A stretch of DNA of 55,091 nucleotides, from IMG/VR virus record IMGVR_UViG_3300046820_001896, one strand, 5' to 3'. Below are positions 47,573-55,091 of the stretch, piece after piece; the first letter of the stretch is position 1, and each line of letters starts with the position of its first letter. This DNA is from a virus (Duplodnaviria; Heunggongvirae; Uroviricota; Caudoviricetes). The position numbers and the translations under genes are program-made. A model generated the notes under the pieces. It was not told the origin of the DNA, did no database searches, and saw nothing but the letters and a program-made list of their open reading frames with translations.

Positions 47573-48094
47573 ACATTAGTAAAACAACTATTCGAAAAAC
47601 CATTCGAAGTATTAAACGTTTCTACAAAGGATTTCGATAAGTTCTTCGTAGGTTTCGACAAGCAATTTGACGAAATGGCTAAGCTTACACAAGAGCTTAC
47701 AAAAAACGTACCAAACTATCCTCCATTCAACATCAAAAAAGTATCTGATAACAAATATACTATCGAGATCGCCGTTGCTGGTTTCTCACAATCAGATGTA
47801 GATGTTACTATCGAAGGCAATAAACTTGTCGTAGCTGGTAAAACTACAGATGATACAGATGCTGACTTCTTATTTAAAGGCATTGCTAATCGTGCATTCA
47901 CACGTACATTTGCATTAGCTGATAAGATTGAAGTTCAATCTGCAGAGATCGTAAACGGAATGTTGAAGATCGCTTTAGACAAGATTGTTGATGCACAACC
48001 AGTGCGTAAGATCGAAGTTAAAGGTGCAAAGAAATCTAAGAAAGAATTCTTGACGGAAGAGGATGCGTATGACAAAGCTGCTGAAAAACTTTAA
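47570..48094 (+). CDS. hsp20: Small heat-shock protein Hsp20 (IbpA-like)
   Basis: NYPPFNI, IEIAVAGF, FLFKGIANRAFTRTF, NGML and RKIEV motifs. Confidence 0.95.
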   Translation: MTLVKQLFEKPFEVLNVSTKDFDKFFVGFDKQFDEMAKLTQELTKNVPNYPPFNIKKVSDNKYTIEIAVAGFSQSDVDVTIEGNKLVVAGKTTDDTDADFLFKGIANRAFTRTFALADKIEVQSAEIVNGMLKIALDKIVDAQPVRKIEVKGAKKSKKEFLTEEDAYDKAAEKL

Positions 48095-48170
48095 AAACTT
48101 TTTAGTTGCTTGTGTGTCTTGTGTCCAAGAAGCAAAACAGATGCAAGCCAAAAGTAGGAGACTTCCATGA
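48069..48170 (+). CDS. Small ORF, 33 aa (absent from the ORF track)
   Basis: MTKLLKNFKNFLVACVSCVQEAKQMQAKSRRLP. GAGGA upstream; the stop overlaps the next ATG (ATGA). Confidence 0.4.
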   Translation: MTKLLKNFKNFLVACVSCVQEAKQMQAKSRRLP

Positions 48171-48253
48171 ATAATTGGGTTCCTATGACAGATGATGATT
48201 GGGATTGGGTAAACGGTAAAGTACCTCCAACTCCTAAGCAACAACTTAAGTAA
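48167..48253 (+). CDS. Small ORF, 28 aa, Trp/Asp-rich (absent from the ORF track)
   Basis: MNNWVPMTDDDWDWVNGKVPPTPKQQLK. AGGAG Shine-Dalgarno 6 nt upstream; followed immediately by a terminator. Confidence 0.55.
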   Translation: MNNWVPMTDDDWDWVNGKVPPTPKQQLK

Positions 48254-48257
48254 AAAA

Positions 48258-48285
48258 TGGGAGGCGAATGCCTCCCAACTCTTTT
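48258..48285 (+). terminator. Intrinsic terminator ending the regA/hsp20 unit
   Basis: TGGGAGGC-GAAT-GCCTCCCA followed by ACTCTTTT. Confidence 0.75.
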
Positions 48286-48297
48286 ATAGATAATACT

Positions 48298-48498
48298 ATG
48301 AAAGACGTAAAACAAAAATTAGTCTCTATGGATACTGTCCAATTAGGCGATTGGTATATAAAAGCCAGTCAAATGAAAGGCTATATTCTTTTAATGATGA
48401 TTAATGTTTATAATGGAAAATTTGTAATGCAGCATGTTGATGATGTGCACAAAGCAAATTTAATTGTAGAGTATGTTATTGAAAAAGGTGATTTATGA
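48298..48498 (+). CDS. Small hypothetical protein
   Basis: Start placed at ATG 48298; overlaps the next gene (ATGA). Confidence 0.5.
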   Translation: MKDVKQKLVSMDTVQLGDWYIKASQMKGYILLMMINVYNGKFVMQHVDDVHKANLIVEYVIEKGDL

Positions 48499-48788
48499 TT
48501 AAGTGTATTCAATTAGTAAATGGTCATGATTTGATCGGTGATATTGAAGAACAAGGTCCTAATTATATTATTAAGGATCCAGCAGCAATTCACATGGTAC
48601 CATCACAAAATGGTAACGGACAATTTGGCATCGGTTTAATTCCATTCATGCCATTCTCAGAAACAAATAAAATTTCAGTAGTTAAAGACAAAGTCGTAAT
48701 TGAGTTTGAACCTTCTATTGAGATGCGAAATAACTATAGCAAGATGTTCGGCAGCGGGATTGAAATCGCTAACGTTATGCCACGATAA
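48495..48788 (+). CDS. Conserved T4-like hypothetical protein (Sm-like, tentative)
   Basis: IQLVNGHDLIGDI N-terminus similar to the 34623 ORF; directly upstream of gp43. Confidence 0.6.
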   Translation: MIKCIQLVNGHDLIGDIEEQGPNYIIKDPAAIHMVPSQNGNGQFGIGLIPFMPFSETNKISVVKDKVVIEFEPSIEMRNNYSKMFGSGIEIANVMPR

Positions 48789-48802
48789 GTTTTAAAAGTC
48801 TA

Positions 48803-48831
48803 TGTACTTTTTTAACTCGTTATGGTATAAT
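48803..48831 (+). promoter_or_regulatory. Early/middle promoter for gp43
   Basis: TGTACT-N17-TATAAT. Confidence 0.75.
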
Positions 48832-48838
48832 GGAAGCT

Positions 48839-51355
48839 ATGGAATTCTACACAAACATCTCTCGCTACGGCAATCAAATCCTTTATCGTGGTTATAAAGA
48901 CGGTAAACGGGTTACAACAAAAACACCATTCTCCCCAACATTATTCATCCCTGTAGAAAAACCTACGGGATGGATCTCTGTTGACGGCAAGCATGTAGAA
49001 CCTTACACATGCGAAACGATGCGTGATGCCAAAGAATTCATCGAACGCTACAAAGATGTATCGAACTTTGAAATCTATGGCAACACCAACTACATCGCTC
49101 AGTTTGTAACTGAGAAATTCCCAGACGTAATTAAGTTTGATCCTACGATCATCAACATTACCACAATCGACATCGAGGTACAATCTAACGAAGGTTTCCC
49201 AGAACCTGAAGAAGCAAAGTATCCAGTCACAGCAATCACAATCAAAAATAATATCGATAATACTTACTACACTTGGGGTCTCGGACCTTATGATGTAAGT
49301 AAATCAATCATGCGTGACAATCGTGTGGTGTATACTCAATGCAAAGATGAATCTGAATTACTAGTTCGTTTCATCAATCACTGGGGTTCTGCTACACACA
49401 TGCCAGATGTTGTTACTGGTTGGAACATTCGTAACTTCGATATTCCATATATCATCAACAGATGTGCACGCGTCATTGATCCTGACACTATTCGAAAGCT
49501 CTCTCCATGGGGTAGAGTCGAAGAGCGTATGGTTGCTATGCAGAAAAAACAAGTGCAGATGTTCGATATCGTTGGTATTGCACAACTTGATTGGATGGAT
49601 TTGTTCAAGAAGTTCGGTCACACTTATGGTCCACAAGAAAACTATCGTCTAGATACGATTGCTAATACTGTGCTTGGTGAACATAAGCTTGAATATGATG
49701 GTACACTACATAGCTTGTACATGACTGACCACCAAAAATTCATCGACTATAACATTCGTGACGTAGATCTTGTTGTACGTATGGAAGAAAAAGTTGGATT
49801 GATCGTATTGTGTTTGACTATGGCGTACAAAGCTGGTGTCAACTATAACGATACTTTCGGTACTACTTCTATTTGGGATACACTCATTTATCGTAATCTA
49901 ACTCCACAGAAGATCGTAGTACCGCCTAATAAAGAATCCTTCAAAGAAGCTTATGATGGTGGTTACGTTAAAGATCCTCAGTGCGGTGTACATGATTGGG
50001 TTGCATCGTTCGACGTGAACTCACTGTATCCAAACATTATTGTGCAATGGAACATGTCACCTGAAACTATTGTCAAAGGTCGTCACGATCATCGTGTAAA
50101 TCCAGATTCTATCCTCGAAGGTTATGTACCAGAGAAGACTGAATACGGCATTTGTGGTTCTGGTCAAATGTTCTCTAATGAAAAACAAGGTTTCATGCCT
50201 AAAATCATCGAAGAACTATACGATGAACGTGTTAAAGTTAAGAAGATGATGATCGCTTCTAAGAAAGAACTGGAAGCATGCGATCAGACCAACAAACAAG
50301 AAGTGTATCGTATTGAACGTGATATCGTCAGATATGAAAACGAACAGACTGCTATTAAGCTTCTTCTGAACTCTCTTTATGGTGCACTTGGTAACAAGTA
50401 CTTCCGTTACTTTACGATGGAGATTGCAGAAGGTATTACACTATCTGGTCAATCGATTATTCGTTGGGCAGAAAAAGCAGTTAATGACTATCTAAACAAA
50501 GCACTTAAGAATGCTAAGTACAAAGATTACGTTATCGCTATCGATACAGATTCTGTGTATGTTGCACTCGAAGATGTTGTCAAAGCAAGTGGTCTAAAAG
50601 ACAAAGAAAAGATCACTAACTTCCTTGATAAACTTTGTGGTGATGCATTAGAATCTGTACTCGACAAAGCATTCATTGATATCACTAACAACATGAATTG
50701 CTTTAAAAAGCGTCTAACCATGAAACGTGAAGCTATTGCAGATCGTGCTATTTGGACTGCTAAGAAGCGATACATCTTAAACGTATTAGATAACGAAGGA
50801 GTTCGCTATGCGAAATCTAAACTCAAGATCATGGGCATCGAAGCGATCAAGTCGTCTACACCGGGCACGTGTCGCGAGGCTTTTACAGAGTTGTTCCAAG
50901 TGCTCATCCACGGTACGGAAGCAGAAACTCAGAAATTTATTTCGGATTATCGAGCTAAATTTGAAGCTCTCCCACCAGAAGAGAAAGCTTTCCCGCGCGG
51001 AGTTACGTCGGTCAAAGAGTACCAATCTCGTGACACGATCTACAAAAAGGGTACGCCCATAAATTCACGTGCAGCTATCTTATATAATCACATGTTGAAT
51101 AAAAACGGGTTGAAGACATACACTCCAATTCGCGGCGGTGATAAGATCAAGTATATCTATTTGTATCCTAACAACCCAATGAAAGAAGACGTCATCGGTT
51201 TCGTTGATATTCTTCCGCCAGAATTTAAGCTGCATAAGTTTATTGATAACGATACGCAGTTTGAAAAAGCATTCCTCGAACCAGCAAAACTAATCTTAGA
51301 TGCTATCGGTTGGAAAGCAGAACCAGTAGCCACACTAGAAGACTTCTTTGCTTAA
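48839..51355 (+). CDS. gp43: Family B DNA polymerase gp43
   Basis: Exonuclease DIEV, SFDVNSLYP, KLLLNSLYGALGN and IDTDS motifs. ATG 48830 overlaps the -10 box, so 48839 is preferred. No intein seen. Confidence 0.97.
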   Translation: MEFYTNISRYGNQILYRGYKDGKRVTTKTPFSPTLFIPVEKPTGWISVDGKHVEPYTCETMRDAKEFIERYKDVSNFEIYGNTNYIAQFVTEKFPDVIKFDPTIINITTIDIEVQSNEGFPEPEEAKYPVTAITIKNNIDNTYYTWGLGPYDVSKSIMRDNRVVYTQCKDESELLVRFINHWGSATHMPDVVTGWNIRNFDIPYIINRCARVIDPDTIRKLSPWGRVEERMVAMQKKQVQMFDIVGIAQLDWMDLFKKFGHTYGPQENYRLDTIANTVLGEHKLEYDGTLHSLYMTDHQKFIDYNIRDVDLVVRMEEKVGLIVLCLTMAYKAGVNYNDTFGTTSIWDTLIYRNLTPQKIVVPPNKESFKEAYDGGYVKDPQCGVHDWVASFDVNSLYPNIIVQWNMSPETIVKGRHDHRVNPDSILEGYVPEKTEYGICGSGQMFSNEKQGFMPKIIEELYDERVKVKKMMIASKKELEACDQTNKQEVYRIERDIVRYENEQTAIKLLLNSLYGALGNKYFRYFTMEIAEGITLSGQSIIRWAEKAVNDYLNKALKNAKYKDYVIAIDTDSVYVALEDVVKASGLKDKEKITNFLDKLCGDALESVLDKAFIDITNNMNCFKKRLTMKREAIADRAIWTAKKRYILNVLDNEGVRYAKSKLKIMGIEAIKSSTPGTCREAFTELFQVLIHGTEAETQKFISDYRAKFEALPPEEKAFPRGVTSVKEYQSRDTIYKKGTPINSRAAILYNHMLNKNGLKTYTPIRGGDKIKYIYLYPNNPMKEDVIGFVDILPPEFKLHKFIDNDTQFEKAFLEPAKLILDAIGWKAEPVATLEDFFA

Positions 51356-51357
51356 TA

Positions 51358-51386
51358 TGTACAGCAGAGAAAAAATGTGGTATAAT
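51358..51386 (+). promoter_or_regulatory. Early/middle promoter for the nucleotide-modification cluster
   Basis: TGTACA-N17-TATAAT with TGTGG. Confidence 0.8.
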
Positions 51387-51406
51387 ATAATTTTAGGAGT
51401 ATTATA

Positions 51407-51850
51407 ATGAGTAAAAATTGGGTACAAGATATTGCAGATATGCATGCAAAATATGGTGTGCATCCTGTAGTAAAGCAATTCGATCGCGATAAGCTAGAAG
51501 CTTTCTTAAAGTTTCGCATTGACTTCTTGCAAGAAGAACTAGACGAAATGCGCAAAGCTGTAGTAGATCGTCAAGCTGGTAAAATCCATGCAATTACTGC
51601 AGCAGATGATACTGTCGATGCATTAATTGATCTATGCGTTGTTGCAATCGGTACACTCGATGCATTTAACGTTGATGCACACACAGCTTGGGATCGTGTA
51701 TTAGAAGCCAACATGAACAAAGAAGTCGGTATCAAAGAATCTCGACCAAATCCATTGGGTTTACCAGACTTGATTAAGCCTGCAGGTTGGACAGCACCAA
51801 CTCATGCAGACAATATTGGTTTGTTAAACAAAACATATGGAAAACAATAA
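51407..51850 (+). CDS. All-alpha NTP pyrophosphohydrolase (MazG / PRA-PH-like)
   Basis: FLQEELDE, DALIDLCVVAIG, ANMNK and LIKPAGW motifs. Confidence 0.8.
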   Translation: MSKNWVQDIADMHAKYGVHPVVKQFDRDKLEAFLKFRIDFLQEELDEMRKAVVDRQAGKIHAITAADDTVDALIDLCVVAIGTLDAFNVDAHTAWDRVLEANMNKEVGIKESRPNPLGLPDLIKPAGWTAPTHADNIGLLNKTYGKQ

Positions 51851-52109
51851 GATAACTGCAGTTGCTACTACATACAATACCACCATTGCCAATCTTGGTA
51901 CGGTGGTTGGTACTTCATCTATGCGACAAGTTGATGATAACTTCAAAGAAGATTTCTTTGCATTTATGAAAGAAAACCTTCGTGTTGCTGAATATGTAGA
52001 TGAGAACGGTAAAGTTGAATATGTACAACTACAATTCAGAACTGGTCTTGGATATGTGTGGGAAGAAGTTAGACGAGTGAAATTAAAACCTACTGATAAA
52101 CCTTTTTAA
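51837..52109 (+). CDS. Hypothetical protein
   Basis: 90 aa ORF coupled to both neighbours. Confidence 0.5.
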   Translation: MENNKITAVATTYNTTIANLGTVVGTSSMRQVDDNFKEDFFAFMKENLRVAEYVDENGKVEYVQLQFRTGLGYVWEEVRRVKLKPTDKPF

Positions 52110-52110
52110 T

Positions 52111-53103
52111 ATGACATATTCTTTGACAGCGTTTAGTTCTATTTTTGATAATAAGACTCATCGCCAAATACATCATGACAAATGGGAAGATTTCGAAGCC
52201 ATGCTTTATAAGATGGCTGAAACTCCTGGTTATAAATTAAAACGTGGAGAACGTAAAGCACCTAAAGGTCTTAACGCTTCTCCGCTTATTTCACCAGCTA
52301 TTTTTCCAGAAGGTAAGACACGTGCCAACGATAATGTGATCGAGTGGGCAGGTTGGGCAGCTCTCGATATTGACGATCACAAATTTGAAGGCGATCTGCA
52401 AAATGAATTACATTCTCGTTTTGGCACTTATTATTATGTGTGCTATTCTACCTCTTCTAGTACTACTGAACATCCGAAATTTCGGCTTGTATTCCCACTT
52501 AACTCTAGTGTGCGGAAAGAATCGATCAAACATTTTTGGTATGCACTCAACAAAGAGTTCGGAGACATCGGAGATGGTCAGACTAAAGACTTATCGCGAA
52601 TGTATTATGTTCCAGCAATTTATCCTGGCGCTCATAACTTTATTTTCACTAATAGTATTGGTGCTTTTATTAATCCTACTGCTTTAATGGACAAACATCC
52701 ATTTGCGATTGCAAAAACTGGTGCAGCTACATTCATGGATAGACTTCCACCAGAAGTACAAAAGAAAGTTGTAACACATCGCGAAGAGTTGTTAAAGCAA
52801 CAAGCTAACTATAACTTTGAATGGACTTCATATCGTGACTGTCCATTTGTCAACAAGAAAATGGTCAATGAGTATTCTGCAATCTCAGGACAAGATGGAT
52901 CAGGTCGTTATGCAATGATTTATAAACTTATGACGTCAATTGCATGTAATGCGATTAAGCGTAGGTATCCTATCACCTCTAGTCAGATTGCAGAACTTAT
53001 TAGACAACTCGACCGAGACACATCTAGACGTTATCAAAAACGTCCACTACAAACAGAAGCAGAACGTGCATTAGAATATGCTTACCGTACTGCTGACATC
53101 TAA
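52111..53103 (+). CDS. Primase-polymerase (AEP/VirE-N)-like protein
   Basis: LDIDD (DxD), YSTSSST..HPKFRLVFPL, D...KDLSRMYYVP and a helical C-terminal PriCT-like region. Confidence 0.65.
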   Translation: MTYSLTAFSSIFDNKTHRQIHHDKWEDFEAMLYKMAETPGYKLKRGERKAPKGLNASPLISPAIFPEGKTRANDNVIEWAGWAALDIDDHKFEGDLQNELHSRFGTYYYVCYSTSSSTTEHPKFRLVFPLNSSVRKESIKHFWYALNKEFGDIGDGQTKDLSRMYYVPAIYPGAHNFIFTNSIGAFINPTALMDKHPFAIAKTGAATFMDRLPPEVQKKVVTHREELLKQQANYNFEWTSYRDCPFVNKKMVNEYSAISGQDGSGRYAMIYKLMTSIACNAIKRRYPITSSQIAELIRQLDRDTSRRYQKRPLQTEAERALEYAYRTADI

Positions 53104-53106
53104 CTA

Positions 53107-53135
53107 TGTACTGCAGGATATTTCTGTGGTATAAT
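53107..53135 (+). promoter_or_regulatory. Early/middle promoter
   Basis: TGTACT-N17-TATAAT with TGTGG. Confidence 0.8.
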
Positions 53136-53160
53136 ATAACCTATACTCAAGGAAAATAAC

Positions 53161-53535
53161 ATGTCAAAACAATACTCACGTCCATCTGCAAATATTTTGC
53201 TCGAAGCTGCTGATATTCAAGAACGCAAAGGTCAAGATTATAATAATGCTGTGTCAAGCGTAGAACAAGCAGACTATTATCCACGCGGTGTAACATCCAT
53301 TCTTGATATTATTAATGCAAAATATCTTCGTATGGTATCTGTACTTGAAACTATGCAAGCTGGTGGTAATGTCAACTTCGAATCAGTCGAAGATTCTGCA
53401 CTTGACATGATTAACTATGCATCATTTGTTGTAGCTTATATGCGCGGTCAAGTTCCTGGTCAAAAACCCGGTTATGACATCTTCAATCGTAAATCTGACG
53501 GCAATCCAGCATTGCTTCCATCTTCTAAGGAATAA
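53161..53535 (+). CDS. DUF1599 / nucleotide-modification-associated domain 1 (Nmad1)-like protein
   Basis: RKGQDYN ... K.LR ... ESVEDSALDMINYA pattern. Confidence 0.65.
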   Translation: MSKQYSRPSANILLEAADIQERKGQDYNNAVSSVEQADYYPRGVTSILDIINAKYLRMVSVLETMQAGGNVNFESVEDSALDMINYASFVVAYMRGQVPGQKPGYDIFNRKSDGNPALLPSSKE

Positions 53536-53536
53536 T

Positions 53537-54226
53537 ATGATTCGTAATTTTGTTTATGATATTCAATGCGAATTTGCTGACAAGTTAAATGCTGGCGATT
53601 TTGTAACCGATAAAGGTGGTGCTAAAACAATCGAAATCATCAATGCTTCTTTTATTGCTGATGAAAAATCTATTTTTGGCGAAGTAAACGAAGATTATGT
53701 TAAGCGCGAACTTGAATGGTATCGTTCATTGTCACTAAGCGTCAATGATATTCCCGGTGGTGCACCTGCAATCTGGAAACAAGTTGCAGATAAGAATGGT
53801 ATGATTAACTCCAACTATGGTTGGTGCATTTATTCCGAAGAAAATGGTCATCAATTTACTAAAGTTGTAAATGAACTAGTAACATCACCATTGTCTCGTC
53901 GTGCAACAATGATTTACATTCGTCCAACAATGCACGAAGATTACAATCGCAATGGTATGTCAGACTTTATGTGTACATATTCAACTCAATATTATATTCG
54001 TGATGGTCAACTTCATGCATCTGTATTCATGCGTTCGAATGATGCTGTATACGGTTATAAAAATGATTATGCGTGGCAACGTTATGTTCAAAAAGAAGTA
54101 TTGCAAGCAGTTAATGGTAAATCTGGCACTGTGTACGGCTTAGGTGATTTGCATTGGAATGCTGGTAGTCTTCACGTATACGAACGTCATTTTGATTTAG
54201 TAAAGAGTTGGAATGCAAACCAATAA
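53537..54226 (+). CDS. gp42: dCMP hydroxymethylase (T4 gp42-like, thymidylate synthase fold)
   Basis: DFMCT, MRSNDAVYGYKNDYAW (Asp at the pyrimidine-specificity position) and GSLHVYERHF. Closely parallels T4 gp42 as I recall it (DFMCT..MRSNDVVFGFRNDYAW..GSLHVY). Confidence 0.85.
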   Translation: MIRNFVYDIQCEFADKLNAGDFVTDKGGAKTIEIINASFIADEKSIFGEVNEDYVKRELEWYRSLSLSVNDIPGGAPAIWKQVADKNGMINSNYGWCIYSEENGHQFTKVVNELVTSPLSRRATMIYIRPTMHEDYNRNGMSDFMCTYSTQYYIRDGQLHASVFMRSNDAVYGYKNDYAWQRYVQKEVLQAVNGKSGTVYGLGDLHWNAGSLHVYERHFDLVKSWNANQ

Positions 54227-54662
54227 TAAATGGAATGAACGCTACATGGCTATGGCCAAAGAAGTAGCTTCATGGTCTAAAGATCCTAATACTAAAGTTG
54301 GCGCTGTAGCAGTAGGATCTAAAGGACAAATTCTATCTCAAGGATTTAATGGTTTCCCACGCGGAATTCTTGATTTGCCTGAACGTCTTAATGAACGTGA
54401 AGTGAAATATCAGTTTGTAGTTCATGCTGAAATGAATGTGATTTATAATGCTACATATTCTGGAGTATCATTAGACGATGCAAAACTTTATGTTTATGGT
54501 TTGCCTGTTTGTAATGAATGTGCTAAAGGTATAATTCAAGTCGGCATTAAAGAAGTTTATGTAGCACAAGAATGTATAGACCTTCGTCCTCATTGGTTAG
54601 AATCATATCAGAAGACGTTAGACATGTTTAATGAAGTCGGAATTAAAGTATTTGCAATATGA
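54213..54662 (+). CDS. cd: dCMP/CMP-type deaminase
   Basis: SKDPNTKVGA, HAEMN and PVCNEC zinc motifs. Confidence 0.9.
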   Translation: MQTNNKWNERYMAMAKEVASWSKDPNTKVGAVAVGSKGQILSQGFNGFPRGILDLPERLNEREVKYQFVVHAEMNVIYNATYSGVSLDDAKLYVYGLPVCNECAKGIIQVGIKEVYVAQECIDLRPHWLESYQKTLDMFNEVGIKVFAI

Positions 54663-55091
54663 TTGAAACAACTAAGTACTACGATGAATATATTCGTTAT
54701 TTCAACCTAGCTTTAGATCAACAAAACAAATGTAATGTATCTGATACAGCTCCTTATGGCATGTTGTCACACGCTGAATCAGATATGAATGACGAGTTGT
54801 TACATCATGTAGAACTTTATGATGTAGTAGAACGTAAGTATGCTGGTTTTTCTCAAATTGTAAACGATTGTTTTTATGGTTGGACAGAACAACATCCATA
54901 TTGGAAAAAGATGGAAGCTGGTAAGATTACACGTCAACGCGAAGTAGTTGCTAAAGATTGGACAGGTAAACATGCAGACTTTAAACTTCCAGAATGGCTT
55001 TATATTTTTATATTGCATCGTGTTTGTGGCTCCGCTATTAATTACTCTACTAAACCTAGTGGATACCACAACACTCTCCTCTTCAATCTTC
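54659..55091 (+). CDS. Uncharacterised protein running off the window end (absent from the ORF track); candidate DNA base-modification enzyme
   Basis: ATGA overlap with the deaminase. 144 open codons: MIETTKYYDEY...LYDVVERKYAGFSQ...EWLYIFILHRVCGSAINY...SGYHNTLLFNL. Confidence 0.7.
   Translation, partial: MIETTKYYDEYIRYFNLALDQQNKCNVSDTAPYGMLSHAESDMNDELLHHVELYDVVERKYAGFSQIVNDCFYGWTEQHPYWKKMEAGKITRQREVVAKDWTGKHADFKLPEWLYIFILHRVCGSAINYSTKPSGYHNTLLFNL

Noticed and set aside
53474-54226. Calling this gene thymidylate synthase (thyA)
   Set aside because: It has Asp rather than Asn at the specificity position and T4 gp42-like DFMCT/NDYAW motifs. The 53474 start also overlaps the upstream gene, whereas 53537 has an SD.
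269-55069. Numerous short alternative-frame and minus-strand ORFs in the track (e.g. 2586-3017, 19504-19866, 23990-24391, 36220-36549, 39694-40122, 54800-55069)
   Set aside because: They lie wholly within well-supported + strand genes, lack ribosome-binding sites and motifs, and reflect codon bias or low complexity of the real gene.
1-55091. tRNA/rRNA genes, CRISPR arrays, introns, inteins, homing endonucleases, transposases, DGR reverse transcriptase
   Set aside because: Intergenic gaps are short and accounted for. I saw no cloverleaf or regularly spaced repeats, core genes (gp17, gp20, gp23, uvsW, gp43) are uninterrupted and of normal length, and no RT or nuclease motifs were seen.

Overview
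This 55 kb window comes from a T4-like myovirus genome (far-T4/cyanomyovirus-type gene order). The host is probably an aquatic proteobacterium, which is an inference from the IbpA-like sHsp and its leader. All supported genes are on the + strand, in four blocks. (1) 1-14.3 kb: tail-fibre/adhesin genes, then an accessory cassette of tailoring enzymes (U32-family Fe-S protein fused to a SAM methyltransferase, flavin-dependent halogenase, two cupin/2OG-Fe(II) oxygenases) and two membrane proteins. (2) 14.4-32.7 kb: late module of dps, gp13, gp14, a large gp9/gp10-anchored fibre, gp15-gp23 and gp3, with TATAAATA late promoters. (3) 32.7-51.4 kb: recombination/replication module (uvsY, uvsW, gp55, gp47, gp46, def, CobT/CobS-like pair, gp45, dsbA, gp44, gp62, regA, hsp20, gp43). 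It is driven by a repeated TGTAC[A/T]-N17-TATAAT promoter. (4) 51.4-55.1 kb: a nucleotide-modification cluster built around a T4 gp42-type dCMP-modifying enzyme. The strongest candidates for undescribed biology are the U32-methyltransferase tailoring cassette, a cytosine hypermodification pathway with unusual partners, a ROSE-like RNA thermometer on hsp20, a possible neck-docked fibre, and a Tat-signal protein inside the replication operon. I found no tRNA, rRNA, CRISPR array, intron, intein or mobile element. Family calls come from motif recognition by eye, not from database searches.
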